Source of the DNA: Clostridiales bacterium
GTDB taxonomy: Bacteria; Bacillota; Clostridia; Caldicoprobacterales; UBA3941
Assembly (NCBI GenBank): GCA_012518395.1
Contig: JAAYSJ010000191.1
Span: 1,550-65,549 of the forward strand
Direction: 5' to 3'
Length of the DNA stretch: 64,000 nucleotides
Shown: positions 1-8,178 of the stretch, one piece after another
Layout of the letters: each line of letters opens with the position of its first letter
Position numbering within the stretch: position 1 is the first letter of the stretch
Translations under genes and position numbers: made by a program
Notes under the pieces: model-generated
Databases searched by the model: none
The model's input: only the letters and a program-made list of their open reading frames with translations
What the model was told of the DNA's origin: nothing

Positions 1-551
1 TCCTGACGGTTAAAAGGGATGTCGAAGGTATCCCTACCGGCGGACACAGCACACTCCGATAGATAAGACAAGACCTTATCCCTGGTTGTCTTTTTCGTAA
101 TGTGCTCCATTTTGCGGGTCAGCATAATATTTTTATTTGCAAGGATCTTCATCAGATTACGAATCAAGGCGGTATGGAATGCACAGGATGACGAGCAGGT
201 CGTCAAAATACGGGTACAGTCAAGGAGCAGAATCTCGCTGTCCTCTCTGGCAACAACAGAAACAGGAAGGGACTTGGCTTCTGCATAGGAAAAGGATTCA
301 GCAAAGATGCCCCCTGATTGAACTACTGATAGAATTGTACGATTGCCCCAATAATCCTCATGGACTACGTTTACGCTGCCGGACAAAACAACTCCCACAT
401 GTTCCGGCCTGTCCCCAACGTTAAAAACAACCGCCCCTTTTTCCATGACCCGTTTTTCTGCGTTTAAGTGGGGTAATAAGATCAACAAATCCTTTTCGAG
501 TATGCCGGCGAAGAGTGAACATTTTTTTAAAATCGTCAAATTAACTTTCAT
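1..551 (-). CDS. Crp/Fnr-family transcriptional regulator (N-terminus complete, 3' end runs off the left edge)
   Basis: Not in the supplied ORF track. My own minus-strand translation from the ATG (complement of 549-551) gives MKVNLTILKKCSLFAGILEKDLLILLPHLNAEKRVMEKGAVVFNVGDRPEHVGVVLSGSVNVVHEDYWGNRTI... This is a cNMP-binding-type beta-barrel followed by the start of an HTH (TTRDKVLSYLSECA). The frame stays open to position 1. Confidence 0.75.
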   Translation of the reverse strand, partial: MKVNLTILKKCSLFAGILEKDLLILLPHLNAEKRVMEKGAVVFNVGDRPEHVGVVLSGSVNVVHEDYWGNRTILSVVQSGGIFAESFSYAEAKSLPVSVVAREDSEILLLDCTRILTTCSSSCAFHTALIRNLMKILANKNIMLTRKMEHITKKTTRDKVLSYLSECAVSAGRDTFDIPFNRQ

Positions 552-573
552 TATCCCACCACCATTTTGTTTT

Positions 574-587
574 GTTGTAAAAACAAC
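574..587. promoter_or_regulatory. Candidate Crp/Fnr-type operator, 5-N4-5 palindrome GTTGT-AAAA-ACAAC
   Basis: Perfect 5-bp inverted arms with a 4-bp spacer, the same geometry as TTGAT-N4-ATCAA sites. It lies 23 nt upstream of the regulator's ATG, in the divergent region shared with the ferredoxin gene. Assignment is speculative. Confidence 0.3.
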
Positions 588-808
588 CGAATTTCGTTCT
601 TGAGTATAGTATAATAGTTACGGAATGTCAAAGATTCGTGAAACGACCAAAAAAACCACGAAACATTTAGGCAACCCGTGGTAAAAATCAATGCGAATTA
701 CGATTATGCTTTTGACATAGGCATAGAGCATGGATCGTTTTGGTGCTTTAGGCAAGATAAAAAATTAGATTATAGAAGTCTGGAGACAAAAAGTTTGGGG
801 GTTAAAAT

Positions 809-1579
809 ATGCTTAAACGTAAGATTATAAAAATTGATGAGGATCTTTGTAACGGTTGTGGTATCTGTGTCGATGCCTGCCATGAGGGTGCAATCGGCAT
901 GATAGATGGAAAAGCGAGGCTACTGCGTGATGACTATTGCGATGGGCTGGGGGATTGCCTGCCGGTTTGTCCCACAGGGGCCATTACCTTTGAGGAACGG
1001 AAAGCCCTGCCCTTTGATGAAGAGGCTGTAAAGGCAAATATGGCAAAGCTCAGTAAAGGACCAAAAGCCGGAGGCTGCCCCGGTAGCAACGCCCAGGCTA
1101 TAAAACGGGAGCCGGAGCTGGATCCTCTTCTATGTGGTTGTCCGGGAACAAATTTAAAACGGATAGATCGTAGTGTAGAGAAAAGGGATAACACACCTGT
1201 GCCGGAGCAAACCAGCAATTTGATGCAATGGCCGGTACAGATCAAGCTTGTTCCGGTAAACGCACCCTATTTTAACAACGCAAAGCTTTTGATTGCGGCG
1301 GATTGTACGGCTTTTGCTTATGGGAACTTCCATGAGAGATTTATCAAAGGGCATATTACCCTTATTGGATGCCCAAAGCTGGATGAGGGTAATTACGCAG
1401 ACAAACTAACAGCCATTATCAGGGAAAACAATATCAAAAGCGTTACAGTTGTTCGGATGCAAGTACCTTGTTGTGGGGGCCTTCAGAATGCTGCAGTAAC
1501 GGCTTTGCAAAACAGCGGTAAAATGATACCCTGGCAAGTAGTTACAATATCCACCGATGGAAATATTATTGACGAATAG
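809..1579 (+). CDS. 4Fe-4S dicluster ferredoxin-domain protein with Cys-rich C-terminal domain (FrdX-like)
   Basis: N-terminal CNGCGICVDACHEG and CDGLGDCLPVCPTG cluster motifs, plus the C-terminal motifs LIGCPKLD and VPCCGG. An RBS-like GGGGG precedes the ATG. Confidence 0.7.
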   Translation: MLKRKIIKIDEDLCNGCGICVDACHEGAIGMIDGKARLLRDDYCDGLGDCLPVCPTGAITFEERKALPFDEEAVKANMAKLSKGPKAGGCPGSNAQAIKREPELDPLLCGCPGTNLKRIDRSVEKRDNTPVPEQTSNLMQWPVQIKLVPVNAPYFNNAKLLIAADCTAFAYGNFHERFIKGHITLIGCPKLDEGNYADKLTAIIRENNIKSVTVVRMQVPCCGGLQNAAVTALQNSGKMIPWQVVTISTDGNIIDE

Positions 1580-1640
1580 CAATTTAAGGGTTCGGGATGC
1601 TATAACTATAAAATAGATAGGTAATGTTACAAAAGATTAT

Positions 1641-1670
1641 GGGGGAAAATTAATATTTTCTCCCATTTTT
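1641..1670 (+). terminator. Rho-independent terminator
   Basis: GGGGGAAAAT / ATTTTCTCCC stem (10 bp, one G-U pair), TAAT loop, then ATTTTT. Confidence 0.65.
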
Positions 1671-1751
1671 GATTTAGGTCAAATATTTTTGAGGCCAGCC
1701 GTGGTAGACTATACCCAGAAAGAAAAGTATTAGGGCAGGAAGGCAAAAGAA

Positions 1752-2054
1752 ATGATGAATAAAGAAAGATTTAACGAAGTATGGTCAGAACATTTTGAGA
1801 CGTTGAAATTATATGTGCCTATTGTAGCAAAGGTGCACGGAAAACATCATCCCGAGTTCCATGAAGTTCGCAGGCTATATGATGTAATCGAAAAGAAAAC
1901 AGAAGAATCAGGGCAGGAAGCACCCAATTTAGTTGAAGAATTTTCCCAGCTTCAGGACATAACCAACAACTATACTGTACCGGACGATGTTTGTGAGAGC
2001 TATGAAGCGGTTTATAAGATGTTAAAGGAATTGGACGATTCTTATCAGGGTTAG
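1752..2054 (+). CDS. Small RIC (YtfE/ScdA)-related helical protein
   Basis: 100 aa. VAKVHGKHHPEFHEV and DITNNYTVPDDVCESYEAVYKMLKELDDS resemble the VERVHADKP and [28 protein letters not shown] segments of E. coli YtfE as I recall them. It lacks the HxxKEE..LFP and ESEHD segments. Confidence 0.5.
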   Translation: MMNKERFNEVWSEHFETLKLYVPIVAKVHGKHHPEFHEVRRLYDVIEKKTEESGQEAPNLVEEFSQLQDITNNYTVPDDVCESYEAVYKMLKELDDSYQG

Positions 2055-2154
2055 TATACGGATTAAGGATTATGTGTTGCTATTTCCGATTCATAGTCGG
2101 GAATATTTATGGCGAATATATAGTAACGTATTTGGAAAATAAGAGGGTGATAGG

Positions 2155-4005
2155 ATGCAAAGGTGGATATTAGGCAAAAAGAATCAAATAACATTGGCCG
2201 GCGCCATACTGATTGTCATTGGATTTATCAGTAGCCTGGGATTTAAAAATGAAATTGTGGCGGTATGGGCCTTGGTGATAGCTTCCGTTATAGGTGCTGC
2301 CCCCATTGCAATTCAGGCCTATCAGGCTTTAAGGGTTAAGGTAGTAAGCATCGATGTTTTGGTCACTATGGCGGTAGTAGGCGCATTCTTAATTAAAAAC
2401 TATGAAGAATCCGCTATTGTTACCTTCCTCTTCTTATTCGGCTCCTTTTTAGAGCAGCGTACATTGAATAAGACCCGCTCGGCTATTAAAGAGCTGACGG
2501 AGATGGCACCGGAAAGCGCCCTAAAACAAATGGAAAACGGGGAGTTTGAAGAAGTTGAAGTAGATGAAGTGGATGTAGGAGACATTCTACTTGTTAAGAC
2601 TGGTGCAAAAATACCCGTAGACGGCACTGTTTTATCTGGTGAAGGGAGTATTAACGAGGCCAGCATTACAGGGGAGTCCCTCCCTGTTTCCAAGGAAGAG
2701 GGTTCCAATGTATTCGCAGGCACAATCCTGGATAACGGGACTATTCAGATTGTGGCTAACCGGGTAGGGGAGGACACCACCTTCGGTAAAATCATTGAAT
2801 TAGTAGAGGAAGCCCAGGATTCTAAATCAGAAGCGGAACGTTTTATCGATGGATTCTCGAAATACTATACACCGGCGGTTCTGCTGCTGGGCATCATCGT
2901 TTGGGCATTCTCCCGTAATCTTGAACTGGCCATTACCATTCTGGTACTTGGATGCCCTGGTGCTTTGGTCATTGGCGTCCCGGTATCAAATGTTGCCGGA
3001 ATTGGAAACGGAGCCCGTCATGGTGTACTCCTCAAAGGCAGCGAAGTAATCAAAGATTTTAGCAGATTGGATACCATGGTTTTTGATAAAACAGGCACAC
3101 TGACAGTGGGAAACCCATCGGTTGCTGAAAAAGAATACTATGGGGATAATATAGACGAGGCCTTGGGGTACCTGGCAAGTGTTGAACGGGAATCGGATCA
3201 TCCTTTGGCGAAAGCAGTATTGACGGAAATAGGCGAAACTCAATTCTCACCGGTTGAAAACACAGAGGTTATAAAAGGTGGGGGAGTGACAGCCAATGTT
3301 AATGGTCATAGAATAGCGGTTGGAAATGTTGCTTTAATGGAAAATGAGGGTGTTCACATCAGTAAACAAGCAAGGAATGACATAGACCGTTTTGAAAAGG
3401 GCGGTAACTCTCTTGTATTAACTGCCGTTGACGGCGAACTAAAAATCTTGATGGGGGTTCGGGATCAAATACGGGCCGGTGTGAAAGAAGATTTAAAGAG
3501 ATTAAAAAGGTTAGGTGTCAAGAACCTTATTATGCTCTCCGGTGATAACCAGGGAACCGTCGATGTTGTTAGTAGGGAACTAGGCCTGACCGAGGCCCAC
3601 GGAAACATGTTACCCGAAGACAAATCAGCTTTTGTAAAGAAGTTGATTGAAAAAGGTCAAATTGTTGCCTTCGTTGGGGATGGTGTGAATGACAGCCCTT
3701 CACTGGCTTTGGCGAACATCGGTATAGCTATGGGAAGCGGCACAGACGTAGCAATAGAGACGTCAGACGTTGTTTTAATGAATTCAGATTTTAGCCGATT
3801 GCCTCATGGTTTGGGTCTGACAAAGGCTATAGCCAGAAACATGAAGCAGAATATTGTTATAGCCATAGGTGTTGTTCTATTCTTGCTGGCCAGCGTCTTC
3901 TTTAGTGAATGGATGAATATGTCCATAGGCATGTTGGTACACGAGGGCAGTATACTGGTTGTAATTTTAAATGGTATGAGATTACTAAGGTATAGGTTGA
4001 GGTAA
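2155..4005 (+). CDS. Heavy-metal translocating P1B-type ATPase without an N-terminal metal-binding domain
   Basis: DKTGT (3085-3099), GDGVNDSPSLA and TGES motifs. The transmembrane metal motif is CPG (2953-2961) rather than CPC/SPC. The last TM carries HEGS (3940-3951). Confidence 0.9.
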   Translation: MQRWILGKKNQITLAGAILIVIGFISSLGFKNEIVAVWALVIASVIGAAPIAIQAYQALRVKVVSIDVLVTMAVVGAFLIKNYEESAIVTFLFLFGSFLEQRTLNKTRSAIKELTEMAPESALKQMENGEFEEVEVDEVDVGDILLVKTGAKIPVDGTVLSGEGSINEASITGESLPVSKEEGSNVFAGTILDNGTIQIVANRVGEDTTFGKIIELVEEAQDSKSEAERFIDGFSKYYTPAVLLLGIIVWAFSRNLELAITILVLGCPGALVIGVPVSNVAGIGNGARHGVLLKGSEVIKDFSRLDTMVFDKTGTLTVGNPSVAEKEYYGDNIDEALGYLASVERESDHPLAKAVLTEIGETQFSPVENTEVIKGGGVTANVNGHRIAVGNVALMENEGVHISKQARNDIDRFEKGGNSLVLTAVDGELKILMGVRDQIRAGVKEDLKRLKRLGVKNLIMLSGDNQGTVDVVSRELGLTEAHGNMLPEDKSAFVKKLIEKGQIVAFVGDGVNDSPSLALANIGIAMGSGTDVAIETSDVVLMNSDFSRLPHGLGLTKAIARNMKQNIVIAIGVVLFLLASVFFSEWMNMSIGMLVHEGSILVVILNGMRLLRYRLR

Positions 4006-4053
4006 AAGAATATCGAAATAATCATAACCCGAAAGGGAAGAGGAGGAATAAAG

Positions 4054-4287
4054 ATGAAAAAGGCAACTATTCAATTAGATACATTGGCATGTCCTTCCTG
4101 TGTTCAAAAGATCGAAAATGCAGTGAAGTCAATGGATGGGGTAGAAAAGGACAGCGTAAAAGTGCTTTTTAATGCCAGCAAAGTAAAGTTCGACTTTGAC
4201 GAAGAAAGGCTTTCAGTGGAGGATACTGAAAAGGCTATAACAGCTCTGGGATATGACGTGAAAAAGTCCCAAGTAAGGGCGAAATAA
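4054..4287 (+). CDS. Heavy-metal-associated (HMA) domain metallochaperone, CopZ-like
   Basis: 77 aa with the motif LACPSCVQKIENAV (CxxC in a ferredoxin-like HMA fold). Strong RBS GAGGAGG. Immediately downstream of the ATPase. Confidence 0.85.
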   Translation: MKKATIQLDTLACPSCVQKIENAVKSMDGVEKDSVKVLFNASKVKFDFDEERLSVEDTEKAITALGYDVKKSQVRAK

Positions 4288-4346
4288 GAAGGTGAAAATG
4301 TCTATAATGTCAAGAGAATATGTTCTATAGAATAATTTGTTATCAC

Positions 4347-5036
4347 TCATTCGTAGAGATTGATGGTTTCCAGCCCCAGCCTGTCTTTTATGATGATTTT
4401 TCGATGGCCTTTTAACCTTATGAGTCCTTCGTCCTGTAATGCTGCAAGCCTGCGGCTTAAGGTTTCCTGAGTCATCCCCAATTGGGAGGCCAGATCCCCT
4501 TTGGTCATAGGCAGGTCAAATTCCCCCCGGCCTTCTGATAGTTCCAGTAAAGCCCCGGCAACACGCTTGGATACAGAGCTTAAACTTATATCTTCTATTC
4601 GATTCTCCGCCTTTTCCAGCCTTCGGGAGAGTTCATCCATAACCTTAAAGGCAATAGAGGGATATTTAGCCATAAGTTCTTTGAGGGCATCCCCTTGCAG
4701 GGAGCACATAGTAGTGTCCTCTAATGCCTGGGCGTTATCAGTTAGGGGCAAGGAGGAGAAAAGGGATAATTCCCCAATAAATTCACCGGGCTCGATAAGT
4801 CTTAGCATTTGTTCCTTTCCGTTGGCATTCAAACGAAAAAGCTTTACCTTGCCGGTGTATAGTACAAAAAGGGTTCCGCCTTTGTCCCCTGCCATGTAGA
4901 CGGTTTCACCTTTTTTGTAATTCTTGGTTGAGGCAATCTCGGCGATCTCCATTTTCTCTTCTTGGCTGAGACTGGCAAAGATAGGCACGCCTTCAATACA
5001 GCTTGCATGATTTTCACAGTGACAGCAGCCCGACAT
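4347..5036 (-). CDS. FNR-like Crp/Fnr-family regulator with N-terminal Cys cluster
   Basis: The N-terminus MSGCCHCENHASC gives C4-x2-C7-x5-C13, and there is a central C111. This is the same spacing as E. coli FNR C20-x2-C23-x5-C29 plus C122. A cNMP-like barrel and a C-terminal HTH (TQETLSRRLAALQDEGLI) follow. Confidence 0.85.
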   Translation of the reverse strand: MSGCCHCENHASCIEGVPIFASLSQEEKMEIAEIASTKNYKKGETVYMAGDKGGTLFVLYTGKVKLFRLNANGKEQMLRLIEPGEFIGELSLFSSLPLTDNAQALEDTTMCSLQGDALKELMAKYPSIAFKVMDELSRRLEKAENRIEDISLSSVSKRVAGALLELSEGRGEFDLPMTKGDLASQLGMTQETLSRRLAALQDEGLIRLKGHRKIIIKDRLGLETINLYE

Positions 5037-5256
5037 TAGAATCCTTCCTCCCTTTCATGTTTAACTATATGTCTATTCCATATTTAATATAAAACCTGTT
5101 ATCTATTATATACACATTTATTTTATTAGCAAAGCAAATATAGCTTGTTTAAAGTTCATTGACGTTTTTACAAAGGCAGATGAAGCCCTGTATACTGCTA
5201 AGGAATATATGGGATCACATATTGCCATTTACTGGGGAAGAGCATAACGATAGGAT

Positions 5257-5781
5257 TTAATAGATTATATAGCCTATAATACCTGCAATCAGAGTCAAGA
5301 GTATGGGATGGATCTTAAACTTGTAAGTAGCGATAAATGCCAGGACAAATAATATGACACTATAATAGTCAATAAAGGTTTCTTTGTTTATTAAAAGCAG
5401 CATAGCAGCCAGTACAAGGCCGACTACTGTTGGCCTTAAGCCCACAAAAGCATTTGTCACATATTTATTATCCTGAAACTTAAAGAAGTAGTTGCCGATA
5501 ACCAGCATAATGATTATGGATGGTAATGTCACCCCAAGGGGTGCCAGGGCAGAACCGAAGATACTGTTTGTGACGGTATAGCCTATATAGGTAGCACTGT
5601 TTATGGCGATAGGGCCGGGCGTAATCTGGGAAATGGCCACTATATCAGTAAATTCACTGATTTTAAGCCAATTGTTAATATCTACTACTTCAGCCTGTAT
5701 AAGGGGTAGCATGGCATACCCCCCACCAAAACTAAAGAGACCTATCTTAAAAAATATTAAAAACAGTCTTAAATATATCAT
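5257..5781 (-). CDS. chrA: Chromate transporter family protein (short-chain CHR, C-terminal partner)
   Basis: FSFGGGYAMLPLIQAEVV signature. Polytopic and hydrophobic. Overlaps the upstream partner by 4 nt. Confidence 0.85.
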   Translation of the reverse strand: MIYLRLFLIFFKIGLFSFGGGYAMLPLIQAEVVDINNWLKISEFTDIVAISQITPGPIAINSATYIGYTVTNSIFGSALAPLGVTLPSIIIMLVIGNYFFKFQDNKYVTNAFVGLRPTVVGLVLAAMLLLINKETFIDYYSVILFVLAFIATYKFKIHPILLTLIAGIIGYIIY

Positions 5782-6497
5782 CTGCCATTCTCCCCTTTTC
5801 CGCTGTCAGTATCCCCTGAGCTTAACTCTTCATTGTTTGATTCATAGTCATCCCTATTATCATTTTTTATTTTATCACCATACAGGCCATCGATTTTATT
5901 GTTATGACAGACTCCCTTATTACTGTTTACATTGTCATCGCCATTGGATTGATTGTTCTCATTCCAATGCATGTATAGATTACCGCCTATGGCAGCCAAG
6001 ATAATAAACAGTATGGGGGTGACCTTTAAAAAAGCAACGCATAGGGCAATGGCTATGGGGATTATGTATGCCTTTCCCTTTAACTTGGAGCTTTTGGAGA
6101 GGCTGATAACAGAGGCCGCTATCAGGGCTACAACTGCGGGTCTTATAGCCTTAAATGCATTTTCTACAGCCCTTAAGTTCTTTATCTCCCTAAAAAACAT
6201 AGCAATAAATAAAAGAATTAAAAAGGAAGGAAGTATGGCACCCATTGCTGTAAAAAAGGCACCTTTATATCTATCTATTTTAAAGCCTATGAATACTGCT
6301 ATATTTACAGCGATGGACCCTGGGGATGATTGAGCCAGAGCCAGGGTATCTACGAACTCTTCTTTTTTAATCCATTTTTTATTTTCCACTACTTCGGCCT
6401 CAATAAGGGGAATCATGGTGAACCCCCCACCTATAGTGAAGACCCCTATCTTAAAAAAGACCCAAAACATCTCCAAATACTTTTTCACTATTGTCAT
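5778..6497 (-). CDS. chrA: Chromate transporter family protein (short-chain CHR, N-terminal partner) with Asn/Asp/Gly-rich tail
   Basis: FTIGGGFTMIPLIEAEVV signature. The last ~65 aa are low complexity (NENNQSNGDDNVNSN...DTDSGKGENGR). Confidence 0.85.
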   Translation of the reverse strand: MTIVKKYLEMFWVFFKIGVFTIGGGFTMIPLIEAEVVENKKWIKKEEFVDTLALAQSSPGSIAVNIAVFIGFKIDRYKGAFFTAMGAILPSFLILLFIAMFFREIKNLRAVENAFKAIRPAVVALIAASVISLSKSSKLKGKAYIIPIAIALCVAFLKVTPILFIILAAIGGNLYMHWNENNQSNGDDNVNSNKGVCHNNKIDGLYGDKIKNDNRDDYESNNEELSSGDTDSGKGENGR

Positions 6498-6908
6498 TTC
6501 TCCCTTTTGTCTAAATCATAAGTATTAGTTTATCAGATTATGAAAAAAAGTGTAAGGTCAATGAAATTCCCTTGCGTACTGAATAATTATTAACATGGGT
6601 ATGGGAATATATACTAAAGGGAAGAGACATATGGTACAATATTTCTAAAGGCGCATTTTTGCGACATACTAAGGGTTTGGGGGTACCCAATAAAAAGACT
6701 GAGGATCATTACTAAAAGATTGATTATTACCGGATCTGATGAAGGTATGGCCGAATATGTTCATATGAATTTCCTGGATGATGATAATCGCAGATTTGTA
6801 CCCGATGAGGTCTTTGAAACTGAGGGATAAGATAGGGAAAGCTGCAAGCACCTTTATAAGATACCGTAGAGAATAAATCTTTGCCGATCCAAGGAGAGGA
6901 TGTTGATA

Positions 6909-8135
6909 ATGAGTAATCAATTTGAAGGCGTCGCAATCCAAGAAGGGAACCCAAAATGGGAGGAATCCATCCAAAGACAGGGAGAACTCTACCATAGGAA
7001 AGATGACGTAAGAAGCCCTTTTGCCAGGGACTACAATAGGATACTTCATTCCAATGCATACAGAAGGTTAAAGCATAAGACTCAGGTGTTTTTTGCTCCA
7101 AGGAATGACCATATATGTACTCGTATAGAACATGTAAACCATGTATCTGCAGTGAGTTATACGATAACCAAACATCTGGGGTTAAACACGGAATTGGCCA
7201 TGGCTATTGCCACTGGTCATGATGTGGGTCATGCACCTTTTGGTCACTTTGGTGAGACCGTCATTAAAGAGATGGCATCTGGGGATCTGGAAGAAACATT
7301 TTGGCATGAAAGAAATAGTCTGCGTTTTGTGGATAGATGCGAGACATTGACGGGGCCGGACGGTAGCGAAAACAATCTAAACCTTACCTATGCTGTAAGG
7401 GATGGGATTATATCCCACTGTGGAGAGGTAGACTACCGATCAATCTCTCCCAGGGAAGAAGATATAGACCTGGAAACCATAGAAAAGGCTAATCAATATC
7501 CACCCTACACATGGGAAGGCTGTGTGGTAAAGGTTGCCGACAAGATTGCCTACTTAGGCAGGGATATTGAGGATGCAATGGATCTAAAAATACTGACCCA
7601 AAATCAGATGGGAAAGCTCAATAAGATTGTTGAGCCCAATATAGGGCAAAGGATTACAGAGATTAACAATACAGCAATAATGCATAATTTTGTTATTGAT
7701 ATTTGTTCCAATAGCAGTCCCCAAACCGGTATACGTATGACTCGGCAAAATTTCAATTTCATAAAAGAACTTAGAGAATTCAGCAACGAATATATATACA
7801 GGCATGAGCGGTTATATCTATACAAAGATTATGCCGGAATGATAATCGAATCCATATACACTACCTTAAAAAATACTTTTAATGGTGAAAGAACCATGGA
7901 GGAAATAGAATCACGCTATTTAAATATTTTTCCCACCCTGGCCGGGGATTTTATCGGATGGCTAAAAAAGCATGCCAAAGACAGCAACGGCTTCAAGCGG
8001 GATGCCAAATACAAAAGCATACCAATCTATAACCTAAGTAAGGAGGAAGACTATCTGCAGGCCATTATTGATTTTATCTCAGGTATGACAGACATCTATG
8101 CTATCAGAATTTTTGGGGAGCTTACCTCCTTTTAG
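6909..8135 (+). CDS. dgt: dGTP triphosphohydrolase-like HD-domain phosphohydrolase
   Basis: RSPFARDYNRILHSNAYRRLKHKTQVF and HDVGHAPFGH motifs. The track start is 6900, but the in-frame ATG at 6909 sits 8 nt after GGAGAGGA and is preferred. Confidence 0.85.
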   Translation: MSNQFEGVAIQEGNPKWEESIQRQGELYHRKDDVRSPFARDYNRILHSNAYRRLKHKTQVFFAPRNDHICTRIEHVNHVSAVSYTITKHLGLNTELAMAIATGHDVGHAPFGHFGETVIKEMASGDLEETFWHERNSLRFVDRCETLTGPDGSENNLNLTYAVRDGIISHCGEVDYRSISPREEDIDLETIEKANQYPPYTWEGCVVKVADKIAYLGRDIEDAMDLKILTQNQMGKLNKIVEPNIGQRITEINNTAIMHNFVIDICSNSSPQTGIRMTRQNFNFIKELREFSNEYIYRHERLYLYKDYAGMIIESIYTTLKNTFNGERTMEEIESRYLNIFPTLAGDFIGWLKKHAKDSNGFKRDAKYKSIPIYNLSKEEDYLQAIIDFISGMTDIYAIRIFGELTSF

Positions 8136-8178
8136 CTAATTCTTTAATTAAGGATATAAACAAGCCCATAAAATTGTC

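Noticed and set aside
100-424. Track ORFs 100-288 and 137-424 on the + strand
   Set aside because: They are antisense to, and fully inside, the much better supported Crp-family gene on the minus strand.
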